Shown here: piece after piece, positions 56,735-64,000 of the stretch
How the letters are laid out: each line of letters opens with the position of its first letter
Numbering within the stretch: position 1 is the first letter of the stretch
Source of the DNA: Candidatus Acidiferrales bacterium
Lineage (GTDB): Bacteria > Acidobacteriota > Terriglobia > Acidiferrales > UBA7541
Assembly: GCA_049592615.1 (NCBI GenBank)
Contig: JBAWGF010000080.1
Span: 1,206 to 65,205, forward strand
Length of the DNA: 64,000 nucleotides
Direction: 5' to 3'
Made by a program: the position numbers and the translations under genes
The notes under the pieces: model-generated
Seen by the model: only the letters and a program-made list of their open reading frames with translations
Database searches by the model: none
Told to the model about the DNA's origin: nothing

Positions 56735-57858
56735 GCGGAAAGATTCGCGTCCTCGTGGTGGATGATTCGGCGCTGATGCGAAAGCTGATCCCGCAGGCGT
56801 TGCAGCACGATCCCATGATCGAAGTCGTCGGCACGGCAATGGACGGCGAACTTGGATTGAAGAAAATCGAAGAGCTGCGACCAACTGTTGTGACGCTCGA
56901 TCTCGAGATGCCCCGCATGGATGGGATCGAGATGCTTCGCCAGATCACGCGCAAGCATCGCGTGCAGGTAATCGTCGTGAGCGCGCACACGCGGGAAAGC
57001 GCGGGTCTCACGCTGAAAGCTCTCTCTCTCGGCGCGTTCGATTTCGTCACGAAGCCGCAGGACGCCGCTTCCGGCCGTATCGATCAGATCGCAGCGGACC
57101 TTGCCATGAAGATCAAGGCCGCCGCGGTTTCCGGTGCGCCGAAGATGATCATCACGGTTCCATCAGCGAAACAAAAGGAGCACCGGCGCTCGCCGCAACC
57201 GCATTGGCCTTCGCGCATCGTAGCCATCGGCGTGTCCACCGGCGGGCCCAACGCGCTGCAGTATCTATTCTCCCAGCTACCAGAGGATTTTCCCGGATGC
57301 CTGCTCGTCGTGCAGCACATGCCCGAAGGATTTACGGAGATGTTCGCCCGGCGCCTCGATGAGTCTTCGGCCATTGAAGTTAAGGAAGCGCAGTCGGGTG
57401 ATCTGTTGCTCGGCGGGCGCGCGTTGATCTGTCCAGGAAACCGCCACATTAAAGTGCGCCGCATGGATCACGGCAATATCGCCATTCTCGTGGACCAGCC
57501 GCGCGTGAATGGTCATCGTCCGTCGGTGGACGTGCTGTTCCAATCGGTCGCGCAGGAATTTGGCGCCAGGGGAATTGCAGTCTTGATGACCGGGATGGGT
57601 GATGACGGAGCCGTGGGCATGGGAGCGGTGAAGTCCGCCGGCGGCATCACGATCGCACAAAGCCCGGAAACTTGCGTCGTGGACAGCATGCCGCGCGCCG
57701 CGATCGAACGCGGCTTCGTCACACGAGTTGTATCACTTTCAAATCTTTCGAGTGTTCTTCAATCGAAATGCGTACCGGATCGGAATTTTGCAGACCCGGA
57801 TGCGGTTGCGTCCCCCGCGGGCGCAACTGCCGGAGAAGTGGCTTCGCGAAGGAGATAG
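56731..57858 (+). CDS. cheB: Protein-glutamate methylesterase CheB
   Basis: REC (VLVVDDS, VTLDLEMP), then IGVSTGGP and GMGDDGAVG. ATGA overlap with cheA. Confidence 0.9.
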   Translation: MSGKIRVLVVDDSALMRKLIPQALQHDPMIEVVGTAMDGELGLKKIEELRPTVVTLDLEMPRMDGIEMLRQITRKHRVQVIVVSAHTRESAGLTLKALSLGAFDFVTKPQDAASGRIDQIAADLAMKIKAAAVSGAPKMIITVPSAKQKEHRRSPQPHWPSRIVAIGVSTGGPNALQYLFSQLPEDFPGCLLVVQHMPEGFTEMFARRLDESSAIEVKEAQSGDLLLGGRALICPGNRHIKVRRMDHGNIAILVDQPRVNGHRPSVDVLFQSVAQEFGARGIAVLMTGMGDDGAVGMGAVKSAGGITIAQSPETCVVDSMPRAAIERGFVTRVVSLSNLSSVLQSKCVPDRNFADPDAVASPAGATAGEVASRRR

Positions 57859-57860
57859 TT

Positions 57861-58310
57861 ATGAAACAGTTTGAAGCATTGACGCGAAAGAAAGACAGTC
57901 AGGCAGTCCGCTATTTGATTGTGGACGACTCTGTCTTCGCGCGAAAGAGTCTGGCGAAGATGGTCGAGTCGTTCGCAGGCCAGGTGGTGGGCGAAGCGGG
58001 TGACGGGTGCACGGCGATCACTGAGTACGCGCGGACGAAGCCCGACATCGTCCTCATGGATATCACCATGCCGCAGATGGAAGGAATCGAAGCGGTCGAG
58101 CGAATCGTGGCAGAGCATCCCGAGGCTCGCATCGTCATGGTTTCTTCGGTCGGCTACCAGGACAACATTTTGGCCGCGCTCCAAAAGGGCGCGCGCCATT
58201 TTGTCCAGAAGCCGGTGAAGCCCGATGCGCTCTACGAAATCATCCGGTACGTGCTCAACGATGACGGCGTCACTTCGCCGGTCGGCGCGGGAGGGGAGAA
58301 TTCGCGATGA
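57861..58310 (+). CDS. cheY: CheY response regulator
   Basis: YLIVDDS, VLMDITMPQMEG, MVSS, QKPV. GGAGA RBS 6 nt upstream of ATG 57861. Confidence 0.88.
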   Translation: MKQFEALTRKKDSQAVRYLIVDDSVFARKSLAKMVESFAGQVVGEAGDGCTAITEYARTKPDIVLMDITMPQMEGIEAVERIVAEHPEARIVMVSSVGYQDNILAALQKGARHFVQKPVKPDALYEIIRYVLNDDGVTSPVGAGGENSR

Positions 58311-58807
58311 GGATGGATTTGATTCAACCATTCATCGGGTCGCTCGACACCGTGCTTGCCGAAATGACGAAGGCTCCCGCAAAGATTGTGGACCTCACGA
58401 TGGAAGAGGAGGGTTATCGGCGCAAGGGCCTGGCAGCTGTCGTCACCTTCAAGGGCCAGATTGAAGGCCGCATCATCCTCGACATGGAGCCGCGCGCGGT
58501 CGTGCAGGTGGCAAGCTTCCTCTCCGGGGCGGAGGTTGATCCCTCGGAGTCCATCATTCCGGAGACTGTCTGCGAGTTGGCGAACATGGTGATAGGCAAT
58601 GCTGTGACGCAGCTCAACGATCGCGGATTCCAGTTCAAGGTTTTCCCGCCACAGATTCTTACGCAGGAACAGTGCGATGCGGCCGGTCAGGACTCCGAAG
58701 CAACGATCCTGTGCTTTGAATCTCCTTGCGGCAATGTGTTTTTGAACATCTCGATGCACTATCACCGGCGCAGGACTCGCGAGCGGACGTCGGTTGGTGT
58801 TGGCTAA
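58307..58807 (+). CDS. cheX: CheX/CheC-family CheY-P phosphatase
   Basis: 166 aa; ELANMVIGNAVTQL matches the CheC/CheX active-site helix pattern (E-x2-N). ATGA overlap with cheY. Confidence 0.7.
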   Translation: MRMDLIQPFIGSLDTVLAEMTKAPAKIVDLTMEEEGYRRKGLAAVVTFKGQIEGRIILDMEPRAVVQVASFLSGAEVDPSESIIPETVCELANMVIGNAVTQLNDRGFQFKVFPPQILTQEQCDAAGQDSEATILCFESPCGNVFLNISMHYHRRRTRERTSVGVG

Positions 58808-58837
58808 AGAATCGAGCGAGATTCGGGCGCAGCAGAA

Positions 58838-59707
58838 CTAATGAGCGCGTGGACCTACCCTGCGATATTCTGTGCCGTGCCGGAATAATCCCGCCTTGGG
58901 CATTTCTTCTGAATAGATTACGCGTGCGGGAAGGAAAATATTCGCTGCGTTGGGCGCGTAGGGAACGGCCACATCGATCGGCGTCTCCGCATCGTACCGG
59001 CGCTTGCTGCGGAAACACATTCCGATCGGAGAAATATCCTCGCACACGGCAAGTTCGTCGTCGAATCCGGCCTGGCGTATGCACGCGGTGAGCCGGGTCT
59101 TCATTCGAATGCGCAGGCGCTCCCGTTTGTCGGTTTCAGGGGGGACCTTGTCTTCCGATTCCTGGCCGCGGCGTCCACGTGCCGCGCGCGAGGCGAGTTT
59201 CTTTTCATCTTCATGCGGGGCCTGCGTCCAGATGCTGGGGACCCCGCAGGTCTTGCAATGTCGCGCAATACCCCGGTTGGTCTCGAATCCGCGAAGCTCC
59301 AGTTCGTTGAGGTAAACCACCTCGCGGCTGCGGCAATAACTGCACTCCATCAGCATCCGCGCCACCGCCTCATCCGATTCCGCTAGAGGTGGAAATTCGA
59401 TCCCCCATAGGTCGTCGGCGCTGTCCAGAATCTCGATCCCGTAAAGATAGCCGTCTTTTTGCCGTCCGAATTGCCCGACAATGCGCACGCTGCTGTGGCG
59501 GTGGGCCTCGGTCGGCGCTTGCCGCTTGACGTGAATTTGCTGGTCGGTCTTGAGTTCCCGCGGGAGCACGATCACCGCGCCCGTCCTGTTGATCATCAGT
59601 GTATGGGTGGGCTCCTGGAATGGCTGGCCGAAACTGTCCGTGCCGGATGCTTCGAGCAGCAAAGTCAGCGAGACACGATCGCTACGACGCCGCGACGGCA
59701 ATTCCAT
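58838..59707 (-). CDS. PilZ, four-Cys zinc ribbon and PilZ protein
   Basis: N-terminal RRRSDR with a degenerate second motif. Central CSYCRS...CKTCG. The C-terminal PilZ has RERLR plus DISPIG (canonical). ATG 59707 is preceded by GGGAGGG. Confidence 0.7.
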   Translation of the reverse strand: MELPSRRRSDRVSLTLLLEASGTDSFGQPFQEPTHTLMINRTGAVIVLPRELKTDQQIHVKRQAPTEAHRHSSVRIVGQFGRQKDGYLYGIEILDSADDLWGIEFPPLAESDEAVARMLMECSYCRSREVVYLNELELRGFETNRGIARHCKTCGVPSIWTQAPHEDEKKLASRAARGRRGQESEDKVPPETDKRERLRIRMKTRLTACIRQAGFDDELAVCEDISPIGMCFRSKRRYDAETPIDVAVPYAPNAANIFLPARVIYSEEMPKAGLFRHGTEYRRVGPRAH

Positions 59708-59884
59708 GCGGAACCCTCCCTCAGAAGACAGGACTTCCCTTCCGTGAAGATAACATACCGGAGTCCAGGTGGGGCTTCGGCAACACCGCCTGTTCGTCAA
59801 ACCCTAACTTCCCACTCACTGCGATACTATGGACGCGCAGGCATCCTGCGTCCTAGCCCTCTAAGAAAATACAGGAATTGGCGA

Positions 59885-62254
59885 ATGGCCGCGAATATCC
59901 CACACAGGCTGAAGTCATATCGCATCCAGCTGGCATCTGTAGCCGTATATCTTTGGCTGGCCGCGACTTGCGCACCCCTCGCGCGAGCGCAGGATTTCCA
60001 CGTCGAGGGCGTCGTGAGCGACACCAGTGGCGCAACGGTGCAGGGCGCGCAAGTTGTGCTGCGCACGAAATCCTATTCATCCACAGTTTCTATAGGCGCG
60101 CCTGGCACATTCAGCTTCGAGCATATTCCAGATCCTTCCGGAACGATCATCGTGGTTGCGAAGGGCCTGCAGCGCGTCGAGCAGGCCTGGACCGTCGCTT
60201 CGGGAAATACGGCGCACATTGAGATTGTCCTTCGGCCGGAGCCATCAAATCAAAGCGTCGTCGTCACTGCCGCGCGAACTGAAACTCTTTTGACCGATGT
60301 CCCCATGAGCGATATCCAGCTCACGCGCGACGATCTGCAGTCCACGCCGAACGAAAGGCTCGACGACGCGCTCCGGCAAATCCCTGGATTCAGCATATTC
60401 CGGCGCTCCAGCAGCCGCACAGCGAACCCAACCACGCAGGGGGTTTCGTTGCGAGGTTTGGGGTCAAGCGGTGCGAGCCGCGCGCTGGTGCTCGAAGATG
60501 GAATTCCGCTGAACGATCCTTTCGGTGGATGGGTTTACTGGGATCGCGTGCCCTCCGAATCGATCTCAAAAATCGAAATCGCGCAGGAGGGCGCATCGAG
60601 CCTTTACGGCAGCGATGCACTTGGCGGTGTCGTCCAAGTCTTGACGCGCCCCGCCGAGCCAGCCGGGATTTCCATTGTGACGTCGTATGGCAATCAGAAT
60701 TCGCCGGATCTCTCGCTCTGGGCTGGCAGCCAGAAGGGCACGTGGGAAGCGTCAATCGGAGGTGAAGTGTTTCACACGGTTGGTTACATTCTGATTCCAG
60801 AAGCCGATCGCGGTAGCGTGGACACAAAAGCAGGCGTTTCAGACGGCTCGCTCGACGTCATGATCGGACGGAAGATCGGCCAGAGAAGCGAGATTTTCGC
60901 GCGCGGCTGGTATTTTGACGAGTCGCGCAACAACGGAACCCCAATTCAGACAAACGAAACGCGTCTTGCGCAGGGCACCCTGGGTGCAAATCTACAGCTT
61001 GGCAATTTCGGTGCGCTCACGCTGCGCTTTTATGGAGACGCGCAGACGTATCATCAGAATTTTTCCTCCGTCGCAGCGAGCCGGAATACTGAAACGTTGA
61101 CGGATATTCAAACCGTTCCCTCGCAGGGTGTCGGAGGTTCGGCGCTTTGGTCGCGCGCGATGGGAAACCATCAGACGCTCGTGGCCGGTTTTGACGAGCA
61201 TGAAGAGATCGGCACCAGCAACGAGATGTTGTTTTCCGGCGGAAACCCTTCGGCCGATACTTTTGCTGGGGGGCGTCATCGCACCGTCGGAGTTTTCGGC
61301 GAAGACCTGATCCAACTCGCCCCGCGCTGGCTGCTCTCCGCGAGCGTGCGATTCGACCACTGGCGTAATTTTGATGCGGGAATGCTGCGCGATCCGATCA
61401 CCCCACCGGGCCCGCCGATCGATACACCCTTCGCAGACCGCACCGAGGAAGCCGTCAGCCCGCGGCTGACGCTGGTCCATCAGTTCAATGCGAATGTTTC
61501 GTGGACCGCTTCGGCCTTTCGCGCGTTCCGTGCGCCGACTCTGAATGAACTGTACCGCTCGTTCCGCCAGGGAAACGTCTTCACTGGATCGAACGCCAAC
61601 TTGAGCGCCGAGCGGCTGACGGGTGGCGAAGGCGGCGTCGCGGTGAACGGGTTCAACCGGCATCTCGAAGTTCGCGGAACATTTTTCTTCAATGAAATTA
61701 TCGATCCAATTGCGAACGTCACCTGTCAGATGGCAGGCCAAACTCCCATGACATGCGTGGGATTGAATTCCACCGCGACATTGATAACACGCCAGCGGCA
61801 GAACCTGGGCCGAACGCGCGCGCCCGGAGTGGAACTCGACGCAACCGCGCGCATCACCGATCACTTTTCTCTTTCCGCCGGCTATCAATTGGTCGCTGCA
61901 ACCGTGGACAGTTTTCCTGCAAATACTGCGCTCGTGGGCCTTTGGGTTCCGCAGGTTCCGCGGCATGTTCTCACGTTCCAGGCGCGTTACATGAATCCCT
62001 CGCGGATATCGATTTTTGTGAACGGCCGCATGGTCGGAAAACAATTCGACGACGACCAGAACCAGTTTCCACTCGGGAGATTTTTTGTGCTCGACGCGAT
62101 GGCGTCGCGCGCCATGGGAGGCGGCATCGAACTCTTCGCCGCCGCGGAAAACCTGCTCAACGCGCAATACGCCACGGCCGCAACGCCGGTTCCGCAGCTT
62201 GGTTTACCCATCACAGCGCGTTTCGGCCTGCGCTTTCAATTTCCTCGACGATAA
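59885..62254 (+). CDS. TonB-dependent outer-membrane receptor with an N-terminal carboxypeptidase-regulatory-like domain
   Basis: Signal peptide ...AATCAPLARAQ; VEGVVSDTSGATVQGAQVVL; plug (IPGFSIFRRSSSR...GVSLRGLG...LEDGIPLNDPFGG); long beta-barrel. Confidence 0.85.
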   Translation: MAANIPHRLKSYRIQLASVAVYLWLAATCAPLARAQDFHVEGVVSDTSGATVQGAQVVLRTKSYSSTVSIGAPGTFSFEHIPDPSGTIIVVAKGLQRVEQAWTVASGNTAHIEIVLRPEPSNQSVVVTAARTETLLTDVPMSDIQLTRDDLQSTPNERLDDALRQIPGFSIFRRSSSRTANPTTQGVSLRGLGSSGASRALVLEDGIPLNDPFGGWVYWDRVPSESISKIEIAQEGASSLYGSDALGGVVQVLTRPAEPAGISIVTSYGNQNSPDLSLWAGSQKGTWEASIGGEVFHTVGYILIPEADRGSVDTKAGVSDGSLDVMIGRKIGQRSEIFARGWYFDESRNNGTPIQTNETRLAQGTLGANLQLGNFGALTLRFYGDAQTYHQNFSSVAASRNTETLTDIQTVPSQGVGGSALWSRAMGNHQTLVAGFDEHEEIGTSNEMLFSGGNPSADTFAGGRHRTVGVFGEDLIQLAPRWLLSASVRFDHWRNFDAGMLRDPITPPGPPIDTPFADRTEEAVSPRLTLVHQFNANVSWTASAFRAFRAPTLNELYRSFRQGNVFTGSNANLSAERLTGGEGGVAVNGFNRHLEVRGTFFFNEIIDPIANVTCQMAGQTPMTCVGLNSTATLITRQRQNLGRTRAPGVELDATARITDHFSLSAGYQLVAATVDSFPANTALVGLWVPQVPRHVLTFQARYMNPSRISIFVNGRMVGKQFDDDQNQFPLGRFFVLDAMASRAMGGGIELFAAAENLLNAQYATAATPVPQLGLPITARFGLRFQFPRR

Positions 62255-62311
62255 ACTGCTCCGATTTCCTCGATTGCAAGTCGAAACGAAAAAGGACCAA
62301 CGGGGAACTGA

Positions 62312-63988
62312 CTATTTGCTCGCAGGGGGCGAGGTTGTCAAGTCGGGTGGCGGGTACTCAGGCAGCTTGGCATTCTTGGCGTCCGTGCGTTTCACTTCAA
62401 GCTCATCGAAGAGGACCGAAGGAGCGATGACGGTCGTGGGAATTTGGCCCTCGCGATTGCTGACGAGTGGATCATTGCCGACGGCGATCAGATTGTTGCG
62501 CAGCGTGCGTGTATCGAGTTCGTCGAACACCGCGCCGCGCACAAGTTCTTCGTGCCCATCCTTCTCATACACGCGGTAGAGCAGCCGCGGAGCATACCCA
62601 GCCCCGAGAGTCTCCGCGTAATACCCGTACGGCTTGCCCTCCCGCCGGCAGACCTCGATCAATTTTTTCTTTAGCTCTTCGGGCGACGCGGCTTCCTTCG
62701 ACTGCACGATGAGATTCCCAAAGCTGGGCGCCGGAGGCTGCCCCGGCGCGGCGCGGCCGTGGCCATTCGATTCTGGAAAATCGCGGATCGGGTCGCGGCC
62801 GAGCAGATAGTTCACGAGATGCCCCTCTTGGATCACTGGAACCGCTGCGGCGCGAACGCCCTCGTCGTCAATTTCGTAGCTGCCAATCAGAGTTTTGCCC
62901 TGGAATGTTTTCACGGTGGGATCGTCGATCACGGAAACAAAATTCGGCAGCACACGGCTCTTGTAAGCCGAAGCGAATTCACCTTCGGTCCTCGCCGAGT
63001 CTCCGGGTTTTGGCCGGCGGCCAAGGATGTTCCCGCCGATCATACCGTTAAATACGTCGCTCGCTGAGTCGGAGGAGAAAAGCACGGGGCCGCGATATTC
63101 CTCATCCACCACCGGGGCCTCGCGGAGTTTCTTAAGTGTCTCGAGCATTTTGCGCGCATCTTCGATAAATTGTTCGGGTGTGGGCAGGTCGCGGAGGGTC
63201 CCGGCGTTGTAACCGGGCGAGCGATCGAGGCGCATGCCGTCCGCCGCCTGCGTGGAGGAGGAAAAAATCATGGAATACACCGCGTAGCCGTGGCGCGTGA
63301 CGGTCCCTTCCGTGTTCACGAAATATTGGTTCACGGCGCGAAATCGCAGTGTGGCTGAAAGCGATTCGATTTTCGGGTCGGTTCGGAACAGCGCCGTGGA
63401 TTTTTCGAGCATCTCCGTCCAGGGCGCAGGATCAAATTCCAGCTTCGCGAGCGGGCCAATCGATTCCAGCGCTGGTTCGCGCGCAAAATCATCGAAGGGC
63501 TGGTCGGTGGTGTACTGGCTGAGCAACGCCTTCTTGGACGCGAGCGCCTCGCTCGCTGCTTTGTATGCGCGGTCCGTTCCGAGCCACAATTGCCGTCGAA
63601 GCGCGATCGGATTGTCGTCGAGAGGTCCGAGATCGATCACGCCCATTCCCCGCCCGTAATAGCTGTCCTGTTTGTAATCGCCGACGCGCACAACCACGCG
63701 GAGGCTACGTGCGCGCGAACGTTGCTTCTGGCGCAACGCTCCGAATGCCGCTTCGGCGTCGAACTCGTCCACGTCCGAAAGCCGGTACTCGATGTAGTAC
63801 GGCGCCGCGACATTGTCCATTTTGAGCCTGGATTTCGAGCGGTCGAGCTCCGCGCTCATCGCACTGATTACAGGGTCAGACGTCTCGGCGATTGCGCTGG
63901 GAGTTGCAAGCGAATTGGGCTTCGCGCCTTTTTTCTGCGCTGCGGCAGGATGGCTACACGCCAACACGAGCAACGGCAGGAGTCCCAT
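62312..63988 (-). CDS. TldD/PmbA-family metallopeptidase-like protein, exported
   Basis: 558-aa ORF with a signal-like N-terminus. Overall resemblance to TldD/PmbA is from memory, with no diagnostic motif checked. The N-terminus may extend beyond the right window edge. Confidence 0.55.
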   Translation of the reverse strand: MGLLPLLVLACSHPAAAQKKGAKPNSLATPSAIAETSDPVISAMSAELDRSKSRLKMDNVAAPYYIEYRLSDVDEFDAEAAFGALRQKQRSRARSLRVVVRVGDYKQDSYYGRGMGVIDLGPLDDNPIALRRQLWLGTDRAYKAASEALASKKALLSQYTTDQPFDDFAREPALESIGPLAKLEFDPAPWTEMLEKSTALFRTDPKIESLSATLRFRAVNQYFVNTEGTVTRHGYAVYSMIFSSSTQAADGMRLDRSPGYNAGTLRDLPTPEQFIEDARKMLETLKKLREAPVVDEEYRGPVLFSSDSASDVFNGMIGGNILGRRPKPGDSARTEGEFASAYKSRVLPNFVSVIDDPTVKTFQGKTLIGSYEIDDEGVRAAAVPVIQEGHLVNYLLGRDPIRDFPESNGHGRAAPGQPPAPSFGNLIVQSKEAASPEELKKKLIEVCRREGKPYGYYAETLGAGYAPRLLYRVYEKDGHEELVRGAVFDELDTRTLRNNLIAVGNDPLVSNREGQIPTTVIAPSVLFDELEVKRTDAKNAKLPEYPPPDLTTSPPASK

Positions 63989-64000
63989 CTGACCAAATTG

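Noticed and set aside
58808-58837. GAATC-gagcga-GATTC hairpin between the convergent cheX and PilZ genes, considered as a bidirectional terminator.
   Set aside because: The stem is only 5 bp and there are no flanking T/A tracts, so it is too weak to call.
1-64000. Search for CRISPR arrays, tandem repeats, IS elements, integrases, phage genes or toxin-antitoxin/defence genes.
   Set aside because: Reading the intergenic regions showed no regularly spaced direct repeats. No transposase, integrase, reverse transcriptase or nuclease-defence motifs appeared in any substantial ORF. RmuC is present but in an ordinary single-gene context. The window looks like core chromosome, apart from the small GIY-YIG remnant.

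Overview
This is a GC-rich, tightly packed chromosomal segment. The two very large TonB-dependent receptors with CarboxypepD_reg-type N-termini and the overall gene content suggest Acidobacteriota, but that is inference only. I call about 58 protein-coding genes, one tRNA-Arg(CCU), two intrinsic terminators, three sigma-70-type promoter candidates and three sigma-54-type promoter candidates. I saw no rRNA, CRISPR array, transposase, integrase or phage genes.

Housekeeping content:
- an aromatic amino-acid operon (trpC-trpF-trpB-trpA, chorismate mutase, DAHP synthase, tyrA)
- scoAB, pgsA, rlpA, rmuC, a rhomboid protease and a uracil-DNA glycosylase
- a nucleoside hydrolase plus NCS1 permease pair
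- an OpuC-like ABC importer

The striking part is 32.5-59.7 kb, a signalling supercluster with three blocks:
- che1 (33.6-43.6 kb, minus strand) has the Pil-Chp gene order cheY-cheW-mcp-cheR-cheA(2xHpt+REC)-cheB-cheW-cheW, followed by two extra receiver proteins.
- Upstream of che1 lies a three-gene operon of unknown function, and upstream of that a GAF-PAS-PAS kinase, a single receiver and an NtrC-type sigma-54 activator.
- che2 (50.8-58.8 kb, plus strand) runs TonB-C protein, mcp, cheW, cheR, cheA, cheB, cheY, cheX.

Three good -24/-12 sigma-54 promoter matches sit in front of the unknown operon, che1 and che2. The two on the minus strand each have the same GTCTCAG-C-CTGAGAC-type dyad about 85-120 bp upstream. 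PilZ or PilZ-like proteins flank both che clusters. A GAF-HD-GYP phosphodiesterase and a CHASE2 cyclase lie at 9-14 kb.

The window holds 11 receiver domains, and at least 3 lack key phosphorylation residues. Domain calls rest on motifs I can read in the translations and on remembered family consensus. No database search was possible. Several start codons were moved from the ORF track to sites with an RBS or a 4-nt start/stop overlap.
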